From: Podarcis gaigeae
Lineage: Eukaryota
DNA length: 64,000 bases
NCBI GenBank assembly: GCA_964106915.2
Contig: OZ066916.1
Reading direction: 5' to 3' (one strand)
The position numbers and the translations under genes are program-made. Below, in pieces: positions 38,534 to 50,888 of the stretch. The first letter of the stretch is position 1; every line of letters begins with the position of its first letter. The notes below the pieces were generated by a model. It saw only the letters and a program-made list of their open reading frames with translations, had not been told where the DNA came from and searched no databases.

Positions 38534-40216
38534 TAATTAAAGCTGGCTTTGGATCGATGATAAATAAGTTATGACCTGATGGACCTCCTAGAGGATGCAG
38601 AGGACAGCACCAAGAATTTAGAGTGCTGGGTGGAGACGAGGAAAGAGCAAGACCAATAAATCACACACAAAGAGGCAACACCTGTGGAAAAGGATGTCCT
38701 TACAGACATGTCCTACCAAAGGCTATGGCTATTATGACATTCCCCAAAACCAGGAATACAAGTTTCCAAAGCACCTTCTGTGTCCTTGCCTAATTATTAG
38801 AGTTCACCCAGAGACTGGCTTCCAGCTAAGTTTCTCAGCGCCGGCTGAGCTGTTGCATCTGCGAAAGCGTTTCACGTGGGAGGGACTCAGGCTGCAAAAC
38901 CAGCCCGTAGGAAAGGAGTGGCGGAATCCCTGGTTGCAACAGCCCACCTCCGGCAGCGTGAAGAAAGAATGCATTCCCCATGGGGAGGGCTCAGGCTGCT
39001 CTGCACAAACAAGGAAGGAGTAATGAGACGCCGTGTGCATGTGCGTGGAAACTGGCGAGAAGCGTAATGGAATCTGCACAAACATTCAGAGGGGTCGTTA
39101 AAGCCAGCCCGCCGTTGTGAAAAGCATGGGTGGCCGAGAGGCCAGGGGAGGCAGGTGGGAGGAGCAGGGAGCATTACTCCAGAGTGTTTTACAAAATAAT
39201 TTCCTCCACTCCGCAGCAGAACAGGCATTTCCCTTATTTAGCTTTATATGAAGGCGGGTGTCGAAGCAATGATAGAAGGAACACTGTTAATTCCTGCGAT
39301 ATCAATTGCCCCAAGGATTACCTCCACTGTGGACAATGACTCACAATTTAAAGCAGATTCGATACTCGTCATTTCAAGGAGTGACTGAGATTCACCTGGT
39401 AAATATTGCAGCCGTTCTGCTTTTCTGCAATTACCTCGAAGTGCGGCTGTAAAGTACAAAAGGTACCTGTTTCTCGTTTGCAGTACGTTTGGCCTGGTTT
39501 GCCCAGATTCAATGCACATTTTAAAAATGAAATAAAATACTGGGTACTGTAGTCTGTTAAACATGATGGGAACTGTAGCTCTGTGAAGGGGAAACTACAA
39601 TTCCCAGGATTCTTTGGGGGGAGGCAGTCATGTGCATTAAATGTGTGTTGAGTATGCTTTAAAAATATCTTATGGGTCTACCCACTACTGTTTTCTGCTA
39701 GTTCCCAGGGACTTAACCTTGACAACAGTTCATGGTTAAGAAGGAGAAAGCTTAACCATTAGCCTGAGTTTGGCTGACGCACCAAGACTTAACTGTCCCG
39801 CTGCACTGTGCTAAACAGTCCAAAGCAGTCGCAGTCACTAAGCCATGATGTTGCTTAACATTGTGTGTGAATGCAACTTAGGTCTACTCAGAGGCAATTC
39901 AGTGGGGCTTACTACAGTTCTCATCATCCCTTACCACTAGCCATGCTGGCCCTATAACAGCTGGAGAGTTATATAAACTCCCCATTTCTGAGTTTGTAAA
40001 TTGTTATTGTATTTAAGTATTTTTCCCCAAAACTTTGATACATAGCATTACTGATTCTTCCGTCTTCCCAGAAGATAAGCACTTCCTCTTCATCCTTCTG
40101 TGGTTTCCCTATCTCTATTTATTTATCTTTCCACTTTGGGATGTATATTACTCTTGCTGCTGTTGTCACATAAAGAAATAGATCAAAGCATCTGTTCTGG
40201 GAATGTCTGAATAGTA

Positions 40217-40436
40217 CAGTGGCACCTTGGTTTAAGAACAGCTTAGTTTATGAACAACTTGGATTAAGAAAGCTGCAAACCCGGAAGTAGGTGTTTTGGT
40301 TTGTGAACTTTGCCTTGGAAGCAGAACATGTTCTGCTTCCTGTTGAGTGTGTTCCATTTGTAAATTGGTTTAAGAATGCTTTGGTTTAAGAACGGACTTC
40401 CAGAATGGATTAAGTTCGTAAACCAAGGTACCACTG
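40217..40436. mobile_element. Tigger/pogo-like MITE
   Basis: CAGTGGCACCTTGGTTTA / TAAACCAAGGTACCACTG, TA TSD. Confidence 0.88.
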
Positions 40437-41520
40437 TATAAATGGACAGGACCAAACCAGACTGTAGAGCAGGAAAAGGAAACTTCCTATAGCTTCCACT
40501 TTCCTTCTTCACTGGTCATGCTGGTTGGGGTGGATGGGAGTTGGAGTCCAATAACATCTGGAATGCCTCAGGCTCCCCATCCCTGCTGTAGAGTAGAGAA
40601 AACATGCTGGAAAACTCTTTCGCATATAAAAGAGGGACAATCCAGCCAGGGAGCAAAATTTCTCATGGGAACCAGTATGAGAATATTTCCTGTTTCACAG
40701 TTATCATGTTTGCTGCTTTCTGGGGTTTTTTTCCACACGGGTAAGGGGATGATGGGTAATGAAATGATGGTCAGTTTTTTTATCGCAGGATGCAGCTACT
40801 GCCTAAGGACATCTGGAGTTCATTATGTAAACAAAATGTAGGAGAAAATCAAAATAATAACTGTTTTGAAATTCCTGATGGCCCCATTTGCAAAGAGCTC
40901 ACAACATGCCATCATTCCTGCAGATATCTTCTGCACACTGAACTTGTCCAGTAGGTTGCATCGACCTGTCTCAGTATTTTGTCTTCTCATGCATTTCTGC
41001 GAGCAAGTCTAGCAGGGAATTCATCCAAGAGCTCCTTTATGTCAAGGTGAGGAACCTGCAGCCTTCCAGATGTTGTTGGACTACAACTCCTATCAGCCAG
41101 CCACAGGCCTCCATCTCTGCTTTTTATGGAAAGAGTTATTTTATACAGTTAACGCTTCTATGTCATTTTAGCTCTTTTGTGCTTGGGAGAGAATAATCTC
41201 TGCCTGATTTACAACACACAGAAGTGATGTGATTTCCTTTAAGTCATTTTAGCGCCATCAACTTATTTGTACTTAAGTAGCTTGAGGATCAGACTGTCAT
41301 GCAGATTCCTGAGTTTCTGTGTTGTTCACTTCAGTCTTCCCATGCTGTCTTTTCATCCTTGAGATAAAGATGACATGCTTTGCTGGAAATAAATGATGGG
41401 TGAAGCATAGCATGAGGCATATACCAGTATGGAATTGGAGGAGAGCCAGCCTTCTTTGTGTGAGTCAAGCTGGCTTAGCTCCCCCCAAGGAAGGGGACAG
41501 AACTCATTCATAAAGCACAC

Positions 41521-42305
41521 TACCTTCTGGTGGTTCCCTCACCGCAAGAAGTGAAACTACAGGGAACCAGACGGAGGGGCTTCTCAGTAGTGGCATCCAC
41601 TCTGTGGAACGCCCTCCCATCAGATGTCAAGGAGATGGGTTACTATGCAACCTTTAGAAGACACCTGAAGGCAGCCCCATGTACTGTGATGTTTTATTAG
41701 GTTTTAATATGTGTTGGAAGCCGCCCAGAATGGCTGGGGCAACTAAAAAGGGGTGGGAAGGTGTTCTATGTGGGGCTACTTTTGAAGGTGACCCAGAAAC
41801 TACAACTAATCCAGAATGCAGCAGCTAGACTGGTGACTGGGAGCAGCCGCCGAGACCACATAATACCGGTCTTGTAAGACCTACACTGGCTCCCAGTACG
41901 TTTCCGAGCACAATTCAAAGTGTTGGTGCTGACCTTTAAAGCCCTAAGCGGTCTTGGTCCATTATACCTGAAGGAGCATCTCCACCCACATCGTTCTGCC
42001 CGGACACTGAGATCCAGTGCCGAGGGCCTTCTGGTGGTTCCCTCATTGAGAGAAGCCAAGTTACAGGGAACCAGGCAGAGGGCCTTCTCAGTAGTGGCAC
42101 CCGCCCTGTGGACCCACCAGATGTCTAAGAGAACAACAACTACCAGACTTTTAGAAGACATCTGAGGGCAGCCCTGTTAAGGGAAGCTTTTAATGTTTAA
42201 TAGGCTATTGTATTTTAATATTCTATTGGAAGCTGCCCAGAGTGGCTGGGGAAACCCAGCCAGATGGGTGGGGTATAAATAATAAATTATTATTATAATT
42301 ATTAT
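41521..42305 (+). mobile_element. Two adjacent L2 LINE 3' fragments (ORF2 C-terminus and 3' UTR)
   Basis: KLQLIQNAAARLVTG..DHIIPVL*DLHWLPV..FKVLVLTFKAL..RAFSVVAPALW; (TAA/TAT)n tail. Confidence 0.92.
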
Positions 42306-42660
42306 ATTACTGAGCAGCTGAGAGCCCTGCATGACCAAAGCCTCAATCATCAGCTGTTTCCTAGTGCAGCCGAGAGGAAATGAAGGAAGTGGCTGGGATT
42401 CCTCTAGCCACTCAGACATGAGACAGCAGCTGCTCATATTTGCAGATGGTACTGGAAAGCTGATATATCTAGGTTGGTACTATACCTGTTGGAATTAAGG
42501 AGTTGAACAAGTTGTTAGCACATCCAGAGCAGCAGCCATGTTCTAAGTACCTTTTTCATCATGTTCCTCTGAGACATTATCGTTTTATCACTGCAAGGAA
42601 TAAAACAAAACAAAAAAAATTCCTTCCAGTAGCACCTTAAAGACCAACTAAGTCAGTTCT

Positions 42661-42700
42661 TGGTATGAGCTTTCGTGTGCATGCACACTTCTTCAGATAC
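42661..42700 (-). ncRNA. Minimal hammerhead ribozyme motif (minus-strand copy)
   Basis: Minus strand reads GTAT-CTGAAGA-A-GTGTGCATGCACAC-GAAA-GC-TC-ATAC. Confidence 0.75.
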
Positions 42701-42736
42701 GGTATCTGAAGAAGTGTGCATGCACACGATATGATA

Positions 42737-42778
42737 TGGTATCTGAAGAAGTGTGCATGCACACGAAAGCTCATACCA
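42737..42778 (+). ncRNA. Minimal type I hammerhead ribozyme motif
   Basis: Stem I TGGTAT/ATACCA; core CTGAAGA 42743-42749; stem II GTGTG-CATG-CACAC; GAAA-GC-TC, predicted cleavage after 42772. Confidence 0.82.
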
Positions 42779-44397
42779 AGAACTGACTTAGTTGGTCTTT
42801 AAGGTGCTACTGGAAGGAATTTTTTTTGTTTTGACTATGGCAGACCAACACGGCTACCTATCTGTAACAGGAATAAAACAGTCAATGCACTTGGGGGTAA
42901 ACCCATTTTGTCCAATATAGGAGTGGGTGGTATAACTTGAAGCCAAGGTAACTACCATCCATGTCTGCTAAGTTGTATTTGGCAGCCACGTGTGGCATCA
43001 AATGGACCAAACTATAAGCATATTATTACAACCCATGTGAGCACATTTAAATCCTATGACCCTTAAGCTTTTTGTTTCTCAGGGGCCTAGTTTCACATGT
43101 TATGCAGAAACACAGTCTGTTTGCTTCAGAGTGGACAATCAGCAAGGAGCTGCAGCTGATCTTTGTACATTTCAAACATATTATGGGGGCGGCGGCTTAA
43201 AAATGCCATTTATTTCAATGGCCCAAAGGCCAACCAGCGGTGAGTCCAGTCCAAATCCCATTGAACTCAATTGTAGAGCCCCCATTAACATTCACAGTTC
43301 TGGGTTGCATATCTCAACAGTATGCCTAGAATGACTCTTAATAAAGTGACTTAGCTTACCTCAAAACACCGTTTTCCCTTTCACTTTTTTATGAGAGTAA
43401 GCAAATGTTTTTGTTAGCAATGAAAACCCATTCATTATATAAAACAGCAGCTGGGAAGTAGGTGGTGGCAGAGCTGTTCAAACTCCGAAGCAAACAGCTT
43501 GTTGTCTTCCCCCTCCACGAGTGTTGTTTCTTCATATTTACGTCTGATGGTTGCATAAAAGCCACCTTTAATGACATCTGTGGAGCGTTTCTGAAACGTT
43601 AATTTTTCTCTGAGACCTTTTGTGTTTAATCTGGAGGGGTGAGGAGAGAGGTATGGCTTATTCAAACAGCTGAACATGCCAGGTTTCTTTTGTTCCTGAT
43701 TATCTGTTTTCTTTCCAGCGTTCTCTTAATATCTGAAGTAAATGATCTCTTTAACATCAGCTGTGAAGGCTATAAAACCAAAACGAAACAACAAAGTAAT
43801 GCTACTCTCTAACCAAGCTTCATGCTGACATCCCAAAATACCAAAAGCTTTGGTCTGCCCTTCCTTGCTGAGATTTATTTGAGGAAGCGAGAGAACTTGG
43901 GGGAATAGTCCATCTGTGTGTTGAGTCAGGAAGCCAGACATTCTACCTTTTCATGGTACCCCAAGTGAAAACATTGCAAAAGTATCTGTCAAAGAACAGG
44001 AAAGCTCATTTGGGCTTGGGTTGTCACCTGAAAATGATTTTTTGTGCATTTGTCACAGTTTGGGAGACCTGTCATTAATAAATAGAAAATATTTTCTGTG
44101 TTTTTTATTTCTGAAGGAAGAAATAACTTCAATCTGTTCTGCCTTGGAAAATAAGCATAGCTGGGTAGGGAGTAAGGATGGCGGAGACATTTGATTTAGT
44201 TTGCATCAAAACACAAACTTAACTATTTTGCAGTTTCCAAATCAATGCATGAGCCAAAACACAAATATCCTTCAAAACTCAAAGTTCTCTGGATTTCGTA
44301 ATGCAGTTCTCCAAACAAGTAATATGAGCAAAAAATGCATATGCTATGTATAGAAAACACATATATTGGGGGAAATTGCTTTGCAGAAATGTGTATA

Positions 44398-44628
44398 CAG
44401 TGGTATGTCGGGTTAAGTACTTAATTCATTCTGGAGGTCCATTCTTAACCTGAAACTGTTCTTAACCTGAAGCACCACTTTAGCTAAAGGGGCCTCCCAC
44501 TGCTGCCACATGATTTCTGTTCTCATCCTGAAGCAAAGTTCTTAACCCGAGGTACTATTTCTGGGTTAGCGGAGTGTGTAACCTGAAGCGTATGTAACCT
44601 GAAGCGTATATAAACTGAGGTACCACTG
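44398..44628. mobile_element. Tigger/pogo-like MITE nested in the old hAT-like element
   Basis: CAGTGGTATGTC / GAGGTACCACTG, TA TSD. Confidence 0.88.
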
Positions 44629-44711
44629 TACTGAAATGCTGAATTTTCATGAGGATTAAAAAATAAATAAATCTCAAAGTGATGTGGAAATGTGGTGAAC
44701 TACATTTAAGA

Positions 44712-44995
44712 ACAGTAAGAGCTGCTTGGCAGTGGAAGAGACTCCCACCAGAAGCGGTGGACTCTCCTTCCTTGGAGGTTTCTAAGCAGAGGTTGGATGG
44801 CCATCTGTCATGGATGCTTTAGCAGAGATTCCTGCATTGCAGAGGGTTGGACTAGATGATATAGCTGACAACTTATCCCTTTTTTTCCAGGGAAATTCCC
44901 TTATTCCGAATAGGATTCCTTGAAGAAAAGGGAAAAGTTGACAGCTATGCTAGATGACCCTTGGGGTCTCCCCAACTCTAAATTTCTATGATTCT
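44712..44995 (+). mobile_element. CR1 LINE 3' fragment
   Basis: Homologous to 45843-46027; ends TTCTATGATTCT. Confidence 0.8.
44860..44949. mobile_element. 90 bp hAT mini-element inside CR1
   Basis: TIR TATAGCTGACAACT / AGTTGACAGCTATG; perfect TSD CTAGATGA at 44852-44859 and 44950-44957. Confidence 0.9.
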
Positions 44996-45497
44996 GAGAC
45001 TGGAAAAATAATAAATTGCGACAGATTTACCTATCCCTAGTGGAGTGTGCTTTTGGAGAAAGCAACAAATGATCTCGAGTGTGAAATGAAATCTCAACCT
45101 ATTAAGACTTAGATATAAAGGCTCCAGTTCAGACTCAGTTGCACTAAATTTCCTTTGAGATAAATGGGGCTTAATTCATGACTAACATCATGATCCTAAC
45201 CATGTATTCTCAGAAGCAAGTCCTACTGAATGGGGCTTACTCCTAGATAAGTGGGATTTGGAGTGCAGGCTATGTTGTCCCTTGCAGACTTCAGCTGCAA
45301 TCCTAAACACACTTAGTAGGAAGTAGTGAGCATTGAACTCAGTCAAACTAATTTCCAAGTAAACATTTATGGGATTGTGTTCATAATGCATAGTATTCCT
45401 TTGTTTGTCGTAGCCCTTCTGACACTTGCACAGTAATTACCATATAATTACTGCATAAGTAAACAAAGAAAAATTAGGGAACAGTTTTCCAGAACAG

Positions 45498-46027
45498 TAT
45501 TCTGCTCTGGTCAGACCTCACCTGAAGTACTGTGTCCAGTTCTGTGCACCACAGTTCAAGAAGGACACTGACAAACTGGAACGTGTCCAGAGGAGGGCAA
45601 CCAAAATGGTCAAAGGCCTGGAAACGATGCCTTATGAGGAACGGCTGAGGGAGCTGGGCATGTTTAGCCTGGAGAAGAGGAGGTTAAGGGGTGATATGAT
45701 AGCCATGTTCAAATATATAAAAGGATGTCACATAGAGGAGGGAGAAAGGTTGTTTTCTGCTGCTCCAGAGAAGTGGACACGGAGCAATGGTTCCAAACTA
45801 CAAGAAAGAAGATTCCACCTAAACATTAGGAAGAACTTCCTGACAGTAAGAGCTGTTCGACAGTGGAATTTGCTGCCAAGGAGTGTGGTGGAGTCTCCTT
45901 CTTTGGAGGTCTTTGAGCAGAGGCTTGACAGCTATATGTCAGGAGTGCTCTGATGGTGTTTCCTGCTTGGCAAGGGGTTGGACTCGATGGCCTTGTGGTC
46001 TCTTCCAACTCTATGATTCTATGATTC
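45498..46027 (+). mobile_element. CR1 LINE 3' fragment (ORF2 C-terminus)
   Basis: [47 protein letters not shown]; (ATTCTATG)n tail. Confidence 0.95.
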
Positions 46028-46640
46028 CAAGTCATTATTTAATAATTAAAATTGATTACCAACAAAGTGAGTAGATAAAACAACCCCCATACTGCTTTGG
46101 TAGCAACCATACCCAAGAATCAGTTGTATGGACTTTGAGTTTGTAAACTGAAAACAGGAGACCTTCAACAGCAGTTGTCTGTTGATGGCAGAAGACATTC
46201 TCAGGTGAAGGCAAATGGAGATAATATCTGACCTTGAAGCTTGATACTCTTCTTTACAGAGGCGTATATTGTCACAGCTCCAGGCCACAGTGACCTTACA
46301 TTGTTGGAACAGAGTTGTCTCAACCAGACAGTTTTTGCCTGATAGGCGTGCTGGTAAATTACTGAACCTGAATTACTGATATCCTCCAAAAAGCATGCAA
46401 ACAGAAACTTTGGCACTGTGTGTCTCATGTCTAAGCAGAGTACAAAGGATTGCTTTAACTTGGCTGAGGGATACCAGACCAAATGCCAAAGCGCGTTTCT
46501 GTGATGGGACAATGAGCCCTCAAAAGAAGTCCACATCTTAGGCTTTGTCTAAAGGTTCCAGTGTTAATGTGTACCAGGGTGTCAGAGCAGACCTTACAGA
46601 CCAAAGGAGGCTGCAGAGACTTCACTTGAACAATTACTCT

Positions 46641-47014
46641 TGTTGTTGTTGTTTAGTCGTTTAGTTGTGTCCGTCTCTTTGTGACCCCCTGGACCAGAGC
46701 ACGCCAGGCACTCCTGTCTGCCACTGCCTCCCGCAGCTTGGTCAAACTCAGGGTCTTTTCCAGGGAGTCTTCTCTTCTCATGAGGTGGCCAAAGTATTGG
46801 AGCCTCAGCTTCACAATCTGTCATTCCAGTGAGCACTCAGGGCTGATTTCCGTAAGAATGGATAGGTTTGATTTTCTTGCAGTCCATGGGACTCTCAAGA
46901 GTCTCCTCCAGCACCATAATTCAAAAGCATCAGCCTTCTTTATGGTCCAGCTCTCACTTCCATACATCACTACTGGGAAAACCATGGCTTTAACTATACG
47001 GACCTATACAACTA
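46641..47014 (-). mobile_element. BovB (RTE) LINE 3' fragment with TSD
   Basis: Minus strand VKAMVFPVVMYGSESWTIKKA..AFELWCWRRLLRVPWTAR..LQYFGHLMRREDSLEKT; (CAA)n tail; TSD GA(A/G)CAATTACTCT. Confidence 0.93.
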
Positions 47015-50000
47015 GAGCAATTACTCTAGAGATAGACAAACCCATAAATGTTGGTTTCTCTTAGTTTCTCATTTTGCCAGGTTTGGGGGATTCTCTGCTC
47101 CTTCGGTAGCATCAAAAAAGAAGCAAGAAAGTGTGTATTTATGGTTTTATTCAGTTACCGGGTTGCAAGACAAAGAATCCAATCCTTAACTCCATAGTGA
47201 TGTTGCTCACTCTGAGCTCACTCCCCTTCTTTCCCAAGCAGCAGCCCGTGGCCCTACAGGTGGCCTCAAGAACCAAACTCTTTGAGCCCTTTGCTCTTGC
47301 AGAGTCCTTTGCTCTTCCAAGGAAAGCAGAGGAGAAGGAGGGGGCAATCTCCAGCCCTCCTCTTCAGTCCAGTCCCTGACATTTTCCCATTTATTTCCAT
47401 TCAGGTCCCCACCCTTCCAAATCAGGTTGTGATTTATTTATTTTTAGAGTCCTCATGAAAATTCACTGGCGTTTTAGCGCAGATTTATTCTAATATACAC
47501 ATTATTGTATGCCATCTCTCCTAAAGTAATGCACCTTTGCATGTATGTATTATTTTTATTAGTAGTATTTAAATTTATTAGTCACCTAAAAAGTCCCCAA
47601 GTGACTTACATTAAAAACAAAAATAAATGCATTATACCATCTATTAAAAAAAGATTCATACAAAACATTAAAATTTCCACAAAACACCCTTCTCCCCCAT
47701 AACAGCCGTTTTCACAAATTATTCAAATTTTTATGCACACTTTACTTGCTGGTGTACTGCACTGCAAAATTCAGAGAAATGTTAATTGCAAAGGATGGCT
47801 GTGTTCCAGTTCACACATTGTTTCAGAATAGGTGAATTAGGTAGAGACATTTTTAAATTTCTTCAACACAACACTTAAAATCCCATCTTCCTGTCAGAGG
47901 GTGGCAGGATAGAAACATTATTATAAATTAATCAGTTAACCCGATTTGCCCATCAAGTGCACACTGGAGAGGAATATGCATCCAATTCTGGCTCTCTGCT
48001 TAGTGCTTTACGATGTGCTTGTCTCATTCTCTTATGAAATGTGCACACTTAAGATTCTTTTAAAATATGCACAGAAAAATGTGCAATATTAAAATTGAAC
48101 CTCGGTGCCCTTTTCCCCCAGGAACTCTGAAAACTGGATGTCAGGAACAATAACAAGGAGCATTTCTTAGCGTTGTGGATGCCTCTGATCTGAAATCCTA
48201 GAGAGTCACTGCCAAGGACAATACTGGGCTAGACATATCAAGGGCATGACTCAGTGAAGGGCTACTTCCTGTATTCCTAGGAATGCTACATTGCCCAACG
48301 TTTGAGAGGAGGGAAAAAATGTCCTTCCTACAGTCCTGCTATTTTGGGACAGTTCTCGCCTCTCTTCCACATTGCGGCAGGAAGCGCCCAACGTGACTGT
48401 GAGACGAATCTTAAGAAAGTGTCCTATTGATTCAGACCATTAGGCCACGTAGTTCTGTTACTGTTTGCTGCAGCTTTCCAGCATTTCAGACAGATGGGAG
48501 TCTTGACCAGCTATACCTGCATATTAAACCTGGGACCTCTTGTATGCAATGCATGCGCTCGGGAAGTTCTCTGACTATTTTAATCTGCACTATGTTCTGC
48601 TAGGTCACTGTTGCTGTCAGCTCCTGGAGTTAAAATCATTGAGCTGGCAGCAGGTCACTCTTGGAGTCTTCGCTTTTTCTGGACCTGCTTGGTTTGGAAA
48701 TCTGCCAACATCACAGTTTGGCAAGCGTCAGAGTGCAGAGTTAGCTATTCAGAGACAGTAGGGCTTTGGGGTTTTTTGTTGTTTTTTTAATAAACTAACT
48801 GTTGCATCATTCTGGCAGCAGAGCATTAATTACAAGGCCTCATTCTTCATTTTCCTCCTTTTTTATATATATATATATAAAGATGTATTTATGACACATA
48901 AAATAAACATTTTCATATTTGGCACGCCTAATTATGTTGATAATTTAATTCCCAGCTCCCTTCATGATATCTCCATTGTCATAGAGGTTATGCCCGAAAT
49001 CACACAGCAAATGACTAATCAGATCTGGAACTAACAGAAATAAAGTTAGAAGATTCATTTGGTATATCCCAGTAGCACAAGCCAGTCTTCTCATTTCATT
49101 TCAAGTTGGGCTGAGCCAAAATTTCTCGGGAAACAATTGTCCAGTCATTTCTGTTTGAATGTTTGTTGAGCTCTCTGTGGACCCAGTTTCGATACAGTTG
49201 AAGGTGGCTCAAGCCAGCAATGGGCTTGGACCCCTTTCTCCTAGCTTCTCCTAGCTTAGCCTGCTGTTTCGTCTAACATTTTACGAGCCAAAACTTCCAA
49301 GTAGAGAATTTTCTGGAGGTGAGAATATTTGGCAACATCTCCCCAATTTTACCCGCAATAAATAATGTGGAGAATTTGGGAAGCCGGTTTTGAACAGCCC
49401 TCAGCCAAACGTACGGTTGCTGAACATAACCTGAGGCAAAGGCTGATGATCTCATCTGCACTTCATTAATATCAATCATTCATTCAATCAACAATAAATA
49501 ATCTATTAAATTTATATACCACCTTATACCCACAGGTCTCAGAGTGGTTCAGAATATAAATCACAAAATACATAATCAAAATAATTTATATTATATATTA
49601 CTTTGATTTACTTTAGCTGCCTTTCTAAAGACTTAGGTTTCTTTCTCCATTATTATTATTTTAGACAGTTGATAAGTCGACAAGCACTTCTGCACTCTCG
49701 CAGCTGGAGGGTGGGGGGAATGTGATGAGCTACTATAGGTGAAACCAATAGGAGTACATTGCTGAACGACAACCCCCATCATCCCTGACCATTGGCTCAT
49801 CTGAAGGGCATTGCTTTGGCTCCCCCTGGAATACTATCTGATACTGTCCCCTGAAAAGGACTGTGCAGGATAAATAATTGGCAGAAACAATCCCTTGTCA
49901 CTTCAGCACATCACTTTCATTTCCTTGCAGCCCCCCCCCCCCCATACAACAGGAACAAAAGGCAGAGCTTTCTGAAATGCTGGGCTTGCTGTTTTACACC

Positions 50001-50180
50001 ACATTTCGTCAGCTGCAGCACCTAAAACTGCTTTGTGCGCATCTAATTTTTGTTTGTCATGCAGCACGCCACTGTAAATCTTGCACTTCTATTAAACAGC
50101 ACCCTCCGGATTTATTTATTCTTAAGAGGAATGAGCAGTGCGCAAGCTTTTAAGTCTGGCTAGGCAGCAGGATGCAACTA

Positions 50181-50409
50181 CAGTCATATTTCATGTTATG
50201 TTTGCTTCATGTTATGTTTTTTCAGGTTGCGTCCCGCAGCGACCCAGAAGTACCGGAAAGGGTTACTTCTGGGTTTCGCCGCTCACGCATGCGCAGAAGC
50301 GTTAAATTGCACCGCACACCTGCGCAGATACGGCGCTTCAGGTTGTGGGCTTTTCATGTTGAGAACGGGCCTCCGGAACAGATCCTGTTCGCAACCAGAG
50401 GTCCCACTG
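50181..50409. mobile_element. Tigger/pogo-like MITE, second subfamily
   Basis: CAGTCATA / GGTCCCACTG, TA TSD; inverse orientation to 37381-37601. Confidence 0.8.
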
Positions 50410-50888
50410 TATTTGCTTGGTTCCCCCCCCCCACCTCCGACTCAAAATCTCTGCATAAGGAGTTGCCAGCATCTTCTCTGGAAGTTCCCAGCTGTAGCCC
50501 TGGGAGGTGAGGAGGTGGTTGCAGGAGAGAATTGGCAGGTGGAAGGAGTTTGAGGCAAGGGCTGTTGCTCTGTGGTAGAGCTTTGCAATGCAGAAGGCCC
50601 CACATGCAATCCCTGAAGCTCCCAGGTAGGGCTGGGAGCCTAACACCCTAGTGAGCTGCTGCCAGTCGGTTCACAGAATAAAATACAGTATTGGAAAAAG
50701 TAAATAATTAAAGACAAAACAGCAAAACAATTACACCCCCCCTTCCCACAGACAAATTTAAAAGGCTGTAGAATGTTAATCAGCCAAAAGGTAATGAAGA
50801 GGAACATTTCTGCATGGCACCTAAATTATATATAATGAAGGCGCCCGGCGAACCTCCCTGGGGGGAGCATTCCACAAATGGGGAGCCA

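Larger units (their letters stand above)
42608..42868. mobile_element. Penelope-like element remnant: inverted terminal-repeat fragments with 12 bp TSD
   Basis: ~95 bp inverted repeat (42606-42700 vs 42739-42833); TSD AGGAATAAAACA at 42596-42607 and 42869-42880. Confidence 0.85.
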
